Of a stretch of 64,000 nt of DNA, positions 25,106 to 38,830 are shown in pieces; position 1 is the first letter of the stretch; every line of letters starts with the position of its first letter. The position numbers and the translations under genes are program-made. The notes beneath the pieces are model-generated. The model worked only from the letters and a program-made list of their open reading frames with translations, was not told the DNA's origin and ran no database searches. Origin of the DNA: Callorhinchus milii (taxonomy: Eukaryota); NCBI RefSeq assembly GCF_018977255.1, contig NW_024704742.1, forward strand, positions 116,624,001 through 116,688,000, given 5' to 3'.

Positions 25106-25425
25106 AATAATAATAATAATCCTTGCATTTGATATAGCGCTTTTCACGTCGGGAGGACATCCCAAAGCGCTTCACAGAACACACTGTAAAGTGAATTGAC
25201 TGTATATTTGTGGGCGAATGCGGCAGCCAATTGCGCACAGCAATGTCCCACAAACAGTTGTAGATTGAAAATGGCCAATTTATTATTGTTTTGGTTTTGG
25301 AGGGATTATTATTAGGCTCTGTGTGGAGTAAGGAAACTTGCCCAAGGTTTCGCCCTGCCTGGAATTGAACTCAGGTGTCTCGCTTGCAAAGCGAGTGCTC
25401 TAACCACTGAGCTACAGGACTCCAC
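25106..25425 (-). mobile_element. Young tRNA(Ala)-derived SINE nested in an older DeuSINE
   Basis: Near-identical reverse complement of 2144-2470; the host SINE continues on both sides (24860-25620). Confidence 0.92.
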
Positions 25426-26419
25426 AAACCTCGGTTTAACACCTCATCCGCAGGATGGCACCTCCGACAGTCAACACACACCAAATGCTGAATTGGGAGA
25501 CCCAACCGAGAACTCCCAACAGTTTCAGCTGGAACTCCAATCCAGTGACGGGGACGGGGCTTCAACCCACAACCTTCTGATTCAGACGTGAAAGTGTTAC
25601 CAACTGAGCCAGGCTAACACACACAATTAATCAATATAAAGCAGAAAGTTGCACATTCAATTGTATGTGCTGTTGGCATCTCAGCAGGAGCAGGAATTGA
25701 TGAGTTAGTTTGGGGCAGATGGTCTGAAAAATAATTTCAACAGTATCTTGATCATAATCCATCGACCCCCTCCTGCAAAGAACATCGGGCGAGAACACCA
25801 TCCGGCTCACCCATGATTCTAACCTTCATATCCCCTGCTAACATTGACTGGCAGGCTCACACATGAAGAATAGAGACTGTAGGACTGTAGAAAACTCATT
25901 GAACTGCTGTCCTGTCTTGAATTCCCTTATGAAGAAACTCCAGAATACAGCAGCTATTACAATGTTGCATTTGTCTTCATGTGTGTTGGCGTATGACCAA
26001 CACCAAAAACACTAGAGTACAAGTCCAATGTGTATTTGTGAGTGATCTCTGTGGGGTGTTTTTTTGCTTTGCCTGCAGTACACATATGTTGATTATTTAA
26101 TGAGGCTCCTTGTTACACCAACTCCCTGTTTGTGGCCATTTTCAGTCAAGGAGTCGAACACTCAGATTCCACCAACTTTTTTTCCTGGAACAAATCATCC
26201 ATGGATTCAGTCCCAACAAGGATAAGAGTCCACGTAGCTCACTCTGCATTTTATCCATTGAATGTCCCCCTTTTTCAGTAGAGGTGAATGGAGTGCTTTA
26301 AGTATGACTTCAAATTAAATATCTCCCAACTGAGAGTGTACAGTTGCACCTGACCCAAAGGATATCAAAAACTAGAGAGAGTGTGTTTTCAAACGACCAG
26401 AGGCAATTTGCCTATTAGC

Positions 26420-26613
26420 TCATTTCTTTCCTCCTTCAAGGCGTTAGACTCAAGACTCTCTTTGACCGAGCTTTAGATCACTCTGCTTTCCCCCTGCCCT
26501 CCACCCTCACCAATCCCGACCACCAGCTCGGGTCCAAAACACTTGACTGTCCAGCGCCTTGCGACGTCCTCCCGACGTGAAAGGTGCTATACAAATGTAT
26601 TTTTGTTGTTGTT
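26420..26613 (+). mobile_element. L2 3' terminal fragment
   Basis: GACGTCCTCCCGACGTGAAAGGTGCT followed by (TTG)n. Confidence 0.85.
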
Positions 26614-27654
26614 GTATTACCACCCAAAGAACCACAGAAAGGAAAACAGAAGCTACAGTGGGAATGTGCCTCTCTGTTTTCCATTTTCTTGCTAAAATTA
26701 GTTATTCACTTCAGGAGCTTGTGGGACATCGCTGTATCCAAATTGGCTGCCACATTTGCCTACAAATACACAGTTACTACATTTCACAGTAAAATCCTGC
26801 AAAGCCCTTTGAGATGTCTTGACAAAGTGACAAGGCTCTATATTAAATGCAAGGTTTATTATTTTTCCCAATTTTTAATAACTTTTTCTCCACTAATTTA
26901 AAATGTTACTTATCATCCATGGGTTAATACTGGCACAGATCAGTTGCTATGTTTGCCTCAAATTTAATTGATTTCCAGATCATGATCCCATTCGTTGGTT
27001 GCTTCATTAATTTCAGGTTGCTTCTGCCTTATGATTTCAAGTGGTCACACAACCTGCCAATTCACAGGAATGTATCATCTATCTGGACTGTATTCCTCTG
27101 CACATTCAAATTTATGCCAGAGTTAAATTAATTTGTCTTCTCATCTCATTGTTTATAGTACATTGGTGCCATAGATTAGCTGCTCATTTTCTCATTAGAA
27201 CACACTTAATTTCTAATCCCCATCACCCAGACTGCCTGTCTTGCCTCCTTCCTTCAGAAACCCACCTTAAAACCCATCTCTGCAGCTGTGCTTTTGACCA
27301 CTTTACCCTTCTCAATATGCTTTCTACACCCCAGGAGCCAAGGCTCTCGTCAGTTGTGTGAAGCATTGAGATATCCTCTCAGTATGAAAAGCGCTATATA
27401 AATTATTGTTGAGGCAATCAATTCTATATTGTAAAGCCCTTTGAGACAAAAGGCACTATATAAATGCATGCTATGATTATTATTATTTGCTGAAATCGAG
27501 TACTGAATTCTCCAGTGCAAACAGAATTTAAGATATTAAAGCTGTCTTCACATCTGAATTTTTTTGTGTAAATGAGCATTTCACATTTCGATTCTTTCAC
27601 TGTTGACTCCTCTGAATCAATGAGTCAATAAATCTCATACAAGATTGAGGTGAA

Positions 27655-27895
27655 ATATAATAATATATAATATAGTTATATATAAATTTAAAAAGATGGT
27701 CAATTAATAACATTGTATGGATCAGTTAATGCCAGGGCCCTTTCAGAGCACTTATCAAAATGTTAACAATTAAAATTAATTATATAAATATCAATATAAA
27801 TATTAGTTAATATTTAATAGTTAATATTGAATAATATTTATATTTCTATATCAAATGCAAGTATTATGTTATTATTATGTTTATAATTATAGTGC
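27655..27895. repeat. AT-rich low-complexity region
   Basis: Mostly A/T stretches seen directly. Confidence 0.75.
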
Positions 27896-30259
27896 ATTTA
27901 AAAAAGGCACTTTGACTTGTTTTCTCCCGAACAGTGTCAGAACCACCATTTAAAATGTATCCAAACTGTTGATATTTCCCAACATCTATGTGGTACAGCA
28001 CACAACAATTAATATTTAACTAAAAACTATAGTTTTGTAAAGTTTCTGGACAACAAATGTATCCTGCTACAAGAAAAGTTTAAGGATGAGCATCATCTTG
28101 GAGAGAAGCTTAGTTAAAGCGCACGGATTCAGAAAGTCAAAACATTGCAACTTGTGATTTATAGTGAAGTACAACAACAACAAGATTATATTTGTATAGT
28201 GCCTTTCACGTCTGGAGAACATCCCAAGGCGCTGGACAGTGTACAGCATTTCAGACTACTGTATAATAGATCTTATCTTCACAAATTAGACTAGAATTAT
28301 TAAAAATGAATTGAAAGCTTTTATGTTGACAATCAACAATATAATACCCTTCACACAAAATGACATCCCAAAGGCGTAGTTCAAAGCTGAGCCGGAGAGA
28401 AAGGGGAGGTGAATGTAGACAATAAATCAATTTAAATATGTCGTAGATAACAACTAATTAAATAGATCAAAATGTTATCTTTGAACTGGGAGATACCTCT
28501 GATAAACTTCACCAGATGAGACAGGCCAAATAACTCAAAGATAACAAAAAAAATCACCAACATACCCTCCGGCTGAAACGTGCAAACAGATCACATTTCC
28601 TTCAGACTGCTCCATTTTAAATGAGTAATTCAACTGAGTAATTTGAGTCCAAGTAAAAATAATCATCTTGGATTGTTTTATGGGAACACTCAAAACTTAG
28701 GGTTGAAAATGGAGAATTTGCAAATAACAACACTAAGCAAATGTGTTAGAAAAACCCACAGCAACTTCACTCTCATGTGTCTAAGCAAGCTGTAATATTT
28801 AACGTGGAGGTGCATGAGAGGCTAGAAATAAGGACTCAAATGCAGTGACTGAGGTAATAAGGGGATTAAGGAATTTGCTCTTTAATCTAGCAGCAAGGAA
28901 TCAGAAGCACAAACCTGATAAAATGGTCAGGCTTTGTTTAACAAGCATCATCGGACATTCATGGCAAACGGAGACGTTTCTGATCTGAGAGGGAAAAAAG
29001 ATTAAAATGTTGGGAGAACTGAAATCTCACACTGGTCTGTACTATTCCTGGGAAACAGGAAATGCCAGTAGTTTGGATCAGGCACATCACTGCATACAAA
29101 CAGGACAACGTGTTGACTGCTTAATTCTGCCATCCCTCTTTAAATACAAATCTTCTGTCCTGGGAGTACTTTCAAAGTCTATTGTACCTGAATCACAAGT
29201 TCAGCAACCAGCAACGTGTGGTTTCATGTTCTTAATAGCATCTGCTACACAGGTGATAATATAATGAGAAAGAAGTTCAACTGCTTTTAAAGGCAGTGAC
29301 CAGTGTATTTATTAAATACTATCCCTTTTAAGTATCCCATACTTAAAGCACAGATCACTAGGCACACACACAGCATTTAGAGAATTTATCTGAATTTGAA
29401 TTAATGGTCAAGCAGCAAGTGAAGGAAGGATACAACAGATTCAGTGTATAAAAGCACGAGAAATGGTTTCTAAAGTATTTACAATGAATTGTTGAAAGTT
29501 TTGATAATTTTGAAACAAAATGTCAAACCGGCTTGTCTGACAATTTCCCTCTATAAATCTGCCACCAACATATGACCATCCATCAAGTTGCAGTGCCAGA
29601 GTACTACTTCATTATATAGGAACAGAATTAAGCCAATTAATCCACTGACCCTGCTCCACATCAAGCCAATGGCATCTTAATGCCATTTCCCCATTTTTCT
29701 CCATATTCCTCGATAACCCCATTTATCAAGCATGCATGCATCTATTATCGCCTCAATATCAATGACCTTTTGAGGGAGTCCATTCCACATTCTTATAATG
29801 CTCTGTAAAGATTTTTTGGAGGCTTCTCTCACTAGATAAATAGTCTCTCCCTTCCCCCACAAAGTTCATACACATTACTTGGCCCACTTCTGGATTGAAT
29901 AGTACATGTTACTGCAACTTCAGCTAATTGGTGGCAACTATCCAACTCTAGAAGATGTCAATTACAGCAGCCTTACTGCAGGTCATATAAAGCACCTGGA
30001 ATGTACATGTTCAAACACCTCACTAAGATATTTTCCAAAGCATAGATTTAATGGGGTCAATTTCTCTGCCCTTTTCAGCAATAATCATCACTGCCTCCAA
30101 TAATAATCGTAGCACTTGATAAAGCACCTTATGTCAAAATATCACAAAGTGCTTCAGAGAGTTTACTCAAAGTGCAGTGTCTGCTTATTTGCAGGTAAGC
30201 ACGGCAGTAATTTGAGCATAGCAATATTCCACAAGCAGCCATGAAGTGAATGACCAATT

Positions 30260-31010
30260 GTTGGCCATTACAATATGTACGTGGACAATACCAAAGTCTA
30301 CATTTCTGCCTCCATCCTAGACTCCTGGTCAAACGTTGTTCAAGAAAACATCAGGTCATACATGAGTCTTACCGTTTTCAAATTCATCACCCACAAAACA
30401 AGCTATCCTGCTCATTCCAGTCAGTGCCTTCTCATCTCATATCTGCCTCCACCCCAGATGCACATTCCAATCCACACTACCTGTGCAGAACTTCATTTTG
30501 CTTGAGCCTGAAACCTCCTTTAAACCTTGCAGCCAGGTTCTGACCAAGTCTGCTTTCTTCCATCTCAACATCACTCACCTCTGCCACCACCTTACCCCCA
30601 CACAGCTGAAACTCTCATCCACACTTTTGGCACCTGCAGATTATATTTTTCCAATGCCCTGTTTACCAGCCTCCCCAGCTTCAAGTGATCTGGAAATCTG
30701 GAGCTGCAACCTCTCCTGCACTAGACTCCACAAGTCTATCTTCACCTGATTCCACTAGCTCCCTATCCGCTAGCTCAACCCCACTATTAGCAGATCAGCT
30801 TTCAGCCACTTTGACAACTCTCTCTGGAACTTTTCTGAAATACATCCATCTCCATCTCTCTCCCTGCTTTCAAAAACCTATTTAAGATCTTGCACTTTAA
30901 CTGCATCTTCACCACCTATTCCTCTCCTAGCTTGGATTCCTACTCATTTGTCGTAAAGAGCTTGGAGACATTCACCCTATGTGAAAGGTGCAAATTACAA
31001 GTGCAAATTG
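30260..31010 (+). mobile_element. Highly degenerate L2 fragment
   Basis: MYVDNTKVY (decayed YADDTQLY) and downstream L2-like sequence. Confidence 0.6.
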
Positions 31011-31310
31011 TAATTATGGTGGTATCATGGGATCTTTAACATCCACCTGAACAGGTAGATGAGATCTTGCTTTAAAGTCTCATCCATCTTTTGGCACCTC
31101 CCCCACTGGAGTACTGCACTAAAGTGTCAGCCTAGATTATGGAGCTCAAATTTATGATAAGTACCACACTCTTCTGACTCGATCGCTACGATGCTATCGA
31201 CTAAGCCAAGTGATCTGGGTGTCAATAGTATTAGGCACTACATTAAATTTTCACATCACAAAGAGCTTCACTGAATTCACCATGAAATGCAGTGACTGTG
31301 TATTTTATAG

Positions 31311-31485
31311 ACATAAGAAATGCTAGAAAACCAAGGTCCATCTAGTTTGCCTTCCACCTTCCTGGCCGTCGCATGCAAATGTGTCCCAAACTACCTATGT
31401 ACTATATCCCATAATGTTATTTCCTAAAAGAAAACTATCTGTGTTTGAAAGAATCAACACTTCCTGCTTCTCTGTAGGGAACCTG

Positions 31486-31517
<32 letters not shown>

Positions 31518-32575
31518 GTGTTTGCATAGATTTGTTCTGAATTTACCCCACATCAATCGCAGGCCGTGTCCTCTGGTTTTACTATTCTGGACAAGTTGAA
31601 GCAGCCTGTCATGATCTATATTGTCGAGCCCCTTTAGAGTCTTAAAGACAGCAATCTTCTTGCCTCTCAATCTTCTCTTTTCCAGTGTGAAAATGCCCAA
31701 TTTACATAGTCGCTCCTTATAGTCCAGTCCTTCTATTCGCTCAATTATTTTGGTTGCCCTCCTCTGTATCTTCTCGATTTCTCCAATATCCTTTTTGTAC
31801 TGCGGCGGCCAGAACTGTACACAGTGCTTTAAGTGTGGTCTCACCAATGATTTATACAGTGGCAGGATTGCCCCACTATTTTGGCTTACTATTGATCTTT
31901 TGATACATCCCAACATCTGGTTTGCTTTATTCACTGACACAGAGGATTGTTGGGAGAGCTTCAATTTATTGTCAATCAGGACCCCCAGGTCGTTTTCATT
32001 TTCTATACATATTATTTTCCTTCCGTTCAAATAATAGTCTCTTCCAGGATTTTTTGTCCCCATGTGAAGTATTTTACATTTCTCCACATTGAATTTTATG
32101 TGCCACCAATCTGCCCAATTCCCAAGTATGTTCAAATCCTCCTTCCTGTAACCTATCTTATTCAGCTTCGCAAACTATCACCTTCATTAGCTTGGTGTCA
32201 TCTGCAAACTTTGCCATCATGCTTGCAACTCCTAGTTCCAGTTCATTTATAAAAATATTAAACAAATAAGTCCCAAAACAGACCCTTGTGGAACTACACT
32301 GGTAACATTTTCCCAGTGTGATGACATTCCCTGTATCACCACCTCCTGGCTTCTTCTGGTCAACCAATTGTGTATCCATTGTAATATACCTCCATGAATT
32401 CCACATTTTTTACTTTTAGTACCAGCCTCTCAAGAGGAACTGTATATAGACCTTACTGATATCCAGATATACAACATCCACAGCCTTAGCCTTATCAAGC
32501 TCCCTTGTCACACTGTCAAAGTAAACCAGTAAATTAGATTGACAAGACCTCCCTTTCATTAACCCATATTGGTAT
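31311..32575 (-). mobile_element. CR1-clade LINE, 5'-truncated
   Basis: KFADDTKL, WADWW..KFNVEKCK and LYKSLVRPHL..CVQFW..IQRRATK..LEKRRLRG motifs. Confidence 0.93.
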
Positions 32576-34049
32576 CATTTATACCAATGATATAAATTAT
32601 TTTTATATTAGACAAACAAAACCACCAATTTGCACACAGCAATGCCCCACATACATCAATGCGCCACATACAGCAATGCCCCACAAACACCAATGAATTG
32701 AATGGCCAATTTTATCCGGGGGATTGTTGACTGGGACACTGAGAAAAACCTTCCTCTCTTTTAGAATAGTGCTATGGTACTGAACAGGCAGACAGGCCCT
32801 CGGTTTAATGTTTCAACCAAAAAAAACACTGAAGTGTCAGCCACGACTGTGGAGCTTGGACACCAGACCCATGACCTTCTGACTCAGAAACAAGAGTACT
32901 ACGCACTGAGCCAGCCTGACACCTAAAATAACTGTTAAGGAATAACAGAAGGAATTCCTGGAACAAACTTACATTTTTTCCTCTTCATTACCTAGAATCA
33001 CTTAGAAGGTGATTGGGCAAAAATCAGTATTTCTTTAGCTTTGCTGTCAAATAAAACCAACATCCATTCACAGCCTGTCCAAGCTCATCTCCAACACTAA
33101 TAGACAAATAGTTCTCTACACTTACTGGGAAAACACCTACATGTAATTCAAAGAATAATTCAGGTCAATTAATTTGAAATGTAGAAAGTAAACGTCATTA
33201 GGTGTCAGCCTAGCTCGGTTTGTAGCACTCTTGTTTCTGAGTGGGAAATGTGTGGGTTTAAGCACTTTGAGACAGACGTCCTCCAGATGCGAAAGGCACT
33301 CTATAATTTTAAATTATATTGTGCTGTAGGACAGGATTTGAGCTCACAGTCCAGGCAGGCACACCAGTGCTGTACCAAGGAAACGCTGCATTGTCAGTGA
33401 GACATTAAACCAAGGTCCTGTATGACTGTTCAGTCCCATGATACTGATCAAAAGACAAAGGAGTTTCAACAATCCTCCAGATAATCATTCCCTTCATGAC
33501 TGTTTGTCGGACTTTGCTGTGTGCCTGTCACATCTGCCTACAGTGACACAGTCACTTCACAGCAATAACTGTGCAATGTTTTGAAAGATCCAATATTACT
33601 AGAGTTGTATTAAATAAGATTATGAATTATTATTGGTTATTAATTTTGATTATTGTTGTTGTATTTCAAACAACCATTCAGCAAAATGAAACTTCCTGAA
33701 GGAATAATAGCTCCATTATGAAGTCAGGTTAACCTGTAGTCACTTTATAGTCACGCAAAGTTGGACATTATTAGCTGAACAAGAATTGCTTCTTGTCGGT
33801 GCCACCGATTTAGACAAAGGATCTGCTATGCATTTCCCCGAACCCTCCACACCACCATTAGTCGCTGTGCCTTAAGCCACTATGCCCCTAACCTCTGGAA
33901 CTCCCTGCTTCAATCCCTCCACCTCGCCCCTTCTTTATCTTTGAATCCCACCTTAAGACATACCTTTTGGTCCGTGCCTACGATCACCCCTGCTCCACCC
34001 CTTCTCGGCATCCAACCCCATCACTGTCCAACCCTGAGACCCTATCCTG

Positions 34050-34410
34050 TGTGCAAGCCTGGCTCAGTCGGTAGCACTCTCACCTTTGAGTCAGAAGGTT
34101 GTCGGTTCAAGCCCCACATCAGACCTTGGTCCCCATATAGTCTAAGCTGACACTCCAATGCAGTTTTGCAAGTGTGCTGCATTGCTGGAGTGACATCCTT
34201 CAGATGAAACATTAAACCAAGGCCCTCCGTCTCCCTGTTCAGGTTGCAACATTCAAAAAGTGAAGGGAATTTCTCCCAGTGTCCTGGCCACCACCAATCG
34301 CCGAAATAGAATTGGTCATTCACTCCATGGCTGTTTGTGGGACATTGTGGTGCACAAATTGGCTGCTGCATTCACCCACATCACTTTACACTACATCAAA
34401 TGCAAGAATA
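34050..34410 (+). mobile_element. Older DeuSINE (SacSINE1-like)
   Basis: Head GCCTGGCTCAGTCGGTAGCAC..GGTTCAAGCCCCAC and body GATGAAACATTAAACC..GTCCTGGCCA..GCTGTTTGTGGGAC. Related copies at ~24860-25620(-), 31025-31210(-), 32620-32922(-), 33200-33620(+), 43760-44050(+), 50255-50520(-), 54765-55225(+) and 55860-56180(-). The family name is from memory. Confidence 0.8.
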
Positions 34411-37400
34411 TAGGAATATTGTTTATTATTAAATGTAAGTCGTTTCTGTGAAACAGGAATCATTCAGAGTAACTGGTAAAACTAGTGTTAAGCTCAAGTG
34501 TGTGATGCAAATGAGGGCTTCATTGCCTCAAGCCAATATAGAACTAGGACGTGATATGCAACATGCAGACTTAAACTAAAAGTGCAGCACCATTTTGGAA
34601 AATCAGAATCTATGAAGCCTATGCTCCATTCAAATGTAAAGCTTTAAAAGTTCATTCAATAAAGCTTGGCTACAGCCAATTTTATATGCTATTGAATTTC
34701 TCCTCGCATTCCCCCTCACCCATACACACAAAAAAAGGAACTAGTCAAAGAAATGCAAAACGTGAACTTTTGTAAGTCACACTGAAGCCTAGTGAAGGGT
34801 CACTGTGCTGACACACACTTTTTGCTTGTGGTTAAACACTCCTCCACCACTCTGTCAGAAACTATTGCATTCAATTTTGTACATGAAGGATTATCAATGA
34901 TTACTATAAACAGACATCTACAACTTCCTACGACACAATCCCTTTTTAATCACATAAGAATAATCCCTAATCACGTCATCAGTGGACAGACGGGGATCAG
35001 CATTTACAGTATTTACTTGACATTTTGTTTCACTTTTTAATTTGGAGTGGATCGGAAGCAGCAATAAGGACAAACAGGAAAAGCAGGCATTTGTTAACAC
35101 ATACACTATGCTAATCACAAAAAACACATAGCTCACACAGCAAACAATCCAAATAAGGAAAACATGTTGTTTCTTTTGGTATTGATTGCCTGTGGAAAGT
35201 TAAAGGTCCCATGAAACTATTTAAAAACAGCAACTTGTATTTATAATAGCACCCTTTATGTGAGTAGCATCTCAGAGCATTTAACAGCAGTGTGGTTTGG
35301 TGCTGAGCTGGAAAGAAAAGAGAAAAAGCACAGTTGAAGAGGTGTGATTTGAAGACAGGTAAAGAGGGGGCAAGAAGAGGGATTGAGGCTGAGAGTTCCA
35401 GAGATTCAGGACACAGTGGCTAAAAGCAAAAAAAAGAGAAAAGTGAAGAGTTCCTTCCAGTGTTGTGGCCAACAATCCCCAAATAAAAATCAGTCATTCA
35501 CTTCATGGCTGCTAGTAGGACTTTGCTGTGCAATTTTTTTCACCACATTTGCCTATAAAATAGTCACACTTTTACAGTAAAGTCCAATGAAGTGCTTTGA
35601 AACATCCTTCCAACATGAAAGGAGCTATATAAAATGCATGAATTATTATTATAACTACTTTTAGCTGCACTGTTCAAAGATTGTATTGAAGAAAAGAGAA
35701 AGAAATGAAAGAACAAAACTAAAAGTATAAGAAAATCTGGAAGACAACACACCCACACCCTCCACCCCTAAACAGGGCCGAGAGCGATTACGAAAACACA
35801 TTGCAGTTACACAAGCCTGTGCAGTAATTCCACATATATGCTGAGACCAAAGTCATGAAAGTTAATTGGATTCACATTTATTCAATAGAAGGTTAAAATA
35901 ACATGGCAACATTATGTATAGGACCAACAGTACCCAATGGTAAAATATCTTCCATCAAATTGCCTTTACTTTTGCTTTTCCAAACAGCATTGCTTCCTCT
36001 CATTACAAGATTATTATACAACATTCACACTTTTTTTAAAATCCTTTGGGGGGTGTGATTTTGTTTTCACCCAGCAAATTTGTACTGCAGAATATCAGTG
36101 TTGACCCCATATACAGTATAACAGGCTACACAGTCATCGATCACTAACACTAGACCTCAAACAGATCACGAGAGGTCAAATAAATTTGCCACCATTTGAT
36201 CACACCCACCTACCCTTTTCCCATTACAACCTCAAGCTATTTATTAAAACAGCTCCAAGTATACTTGCCATTATCACTGCCCTGTTAAACAATTCCAGCT
36301 GTTATTACCTTATGCGTAAAGAAATACTTCCTGTTGTCTGTCCAAACATTGTCCTTCACTACCCTGACCCTGTGCACCTTGCTTGCCCATTGCCTTGCCG
36401 TATCTGAAAGTATTGTTCTGGGTTATTCTTATGCAGAACTGTGGGGTCCTTTGGGACATATCCTTTCAGGGATAAAGAGCCCTAAATTTATCCTATCATT
36501 TCTCATCTGCAGGTGATTGTTTCATTAACAACAACAACAAGATTACATTTGTATAGGGCCCTTTCACGTCGGGACGAGGTTTGTTTTGTTTTCTGAGCAG
36601 CCTCACAGGAGGACGGCAGAGGACGTCAGAGGACGGCAGAAGAAACCACCATAGACATCTCCGACCCAAACTCTGATGAATGTGCTCCTGGCCCCAGGTG
36701 CTATGCTCCAGCAATCAACGCCAATGAGAAAGTACTCAGTCCGGAAGTGTTAATATCGTTTGCATGGGTGCCCGGGTTGAGCAAGACAGTCACGTAGAAC
36801 TCATCCAGACTCAGGGGACAGAGTTTGTAACAGCATCCTACAAAAATCTACAAGGAGAGAAGTTTCTTCACAAGAACCAACTCACTCACGAGACCCTGCT
36901 CGGTTTTGCATCCCTTCCTGAGCCACCTGCAACTATCGCAATGTCATTTCATACTGTTATCGCTCTTCAAAATGAGATTATCCATATCGAGATACTCTTC
37001 ATACAGTGATCGCTCTTCATAGTGAAGTACTGCCTGCTAAGATGTCCCTGCCTGCCGCCCAGCATGTATTCAGCAATAATACTGCGTGTTTCTGCTGTTC
37101 CGGCTACAGTCTCTGCCGCTATATTTCACCCACAAAAATACAACAACAACAAGATTCCATTTATAGAGCGCCTTTCACGTCGGGAGGACAGTCAATTCAC
37201 TTTACCATATATTCTGTGAAGCGCTCGGAGACGTCTGAACAACACGATAAGACGCGATGTAAAATACAAGGATCATTATCGCATATACACATATATATAT
37301 ATTTTGATTATCTAAAAACAGAGGAATACGCACTTCACCACCAGATCACATTATTCCTCTTATCATAACAATAATAATAATAAAAAAAGGTGCAAACGGA

Positions 37401-37722
37401 CAATCAAATCCCCACCTACAAAGACAATGAAATCACCGAAAACACCATTCCTCCCCCCCCAAAAAAAAACAACCATTGCGACGGTGCCCCCGAAGCCTCA
37501 GCGGCAGCGACACCGACCAGACTTTCCTGTGTGGAGCAATGTGCACCTGTTGGGGACCGGGGGTCTGTGACCGATGGCCGGTGTGGAGACGGCGGCCACC
37601 ACAGCACAAAGCCCCCGGGAGGCCGGAGAGGTCCTCCACCGCCTCAGGATCTCCCCCTCTCCCTCCTCTCTCCCTCCGCTCTGCAGTTACAGCGCGTGCT
37701 CTGCTCCAGCACATTCGTCAAT

Positions 37723-38830
37723 CCCTCACCCCCCCCTCACCCTCACCCTCCCCTCACTCACCCTCACCCCCTGTCACCCTCACCCTCCCCTCCCCTCACC
37801 CCCCCTCACCCTCACCCCTCCCTCACCCTCACCCTCCTCACCCTCCCCCCCCTCACCCTCCTCACCCTCACCCCCCGTCACCCTCACCCCACCGTCACCC
37901 TCACCCTCCCCTCACCCTCAACCCCCTCACCCTCACCCCCTCACCCTCACCCCTCCTCACCCTCACCCCTCCACACCCTCCCCCACCCTCCCCCCCCTCA
38001 CCCTCACCCTCCACCCCCCCTCACCCTCACCCCCTCACTCACCCTCACCCTCCCCTCACCCCCCCTCACCCTCACCCCCTCACCCTCACCCCCCTCACCC
38101 TCACCCCCCTCACCCTCACCCCCCCTCACCTCACCCCCCTCACCCTCACCCCCCTCACCCTCACCCCTCCACCCTCACCCCTCCCTCACCCTCACCCCCA
38201 TCACCCTCACCCCCATCACCCTCACCATCCTCACCCTCACCCCCCTCACCCTCACCCCTCCTCACCCCTCACCCCCCCTCACCCTCACCCTCCCTCACCC
38301 TCACCCCCTCCTCACCCTCACCCCCCCTCACCCTCACCCTCCCTCACCCTCACCCCCCCTCACCCTCACCCCTCACCCCCCCTCACCCTCACCCTCCCTC
38401 ACCCTCCCTCACCCTCACCCTCCCTCACCCTCACCCTCCCTCACCCTCACCCCCCCCCCCTCACCCCCCCCCTCACCCCCCCTCACCCTCACCCCCCCCC
38501 CTCACCCTCACCCCCCCCTCACCCTCACCCCCCCCTCACCCTCACCCCCCTCACCCCCTCACCCCCCTCACCCTCACCCCCCCCTCACCCTCACCCCCCT
38601 CACCCTCACCCCCCCCTCACCCTCACCCCTCCCCCACCCCCCCCTCACCCTCACCCCCCCCTCACCCTCACCCCCCTCACCCTCACCCCCCCTCACCCTC
38701 ACCCCCCCTCACCCTCACCCCTCCTCACCCTCACCCCCCCTCACCCTCACCCCCTCCTCACCCTCCCCTCACCCTCACCCCCCCTCACCCTCACCCCTCA
38801 CCCTCACCCCCTCCTCACCCTCACCCTCAC
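37723..38830. repeat. (CCCTCA)n / (TGAGGG)n telomere-variant-like tandem tract, ~1.1 kb
   Basis: Seen directly: C-runs of variable length punctuated by TCA, almost no G on the + strand. Confidence 0.97.

Noticed and set aside
37723..38830. True telomere or chromosome fusion site
   Set aside because: Units are TGAGGG with irregular G-runs rather than TTAGGG, in a single orientation, inside a gene's upstream region.
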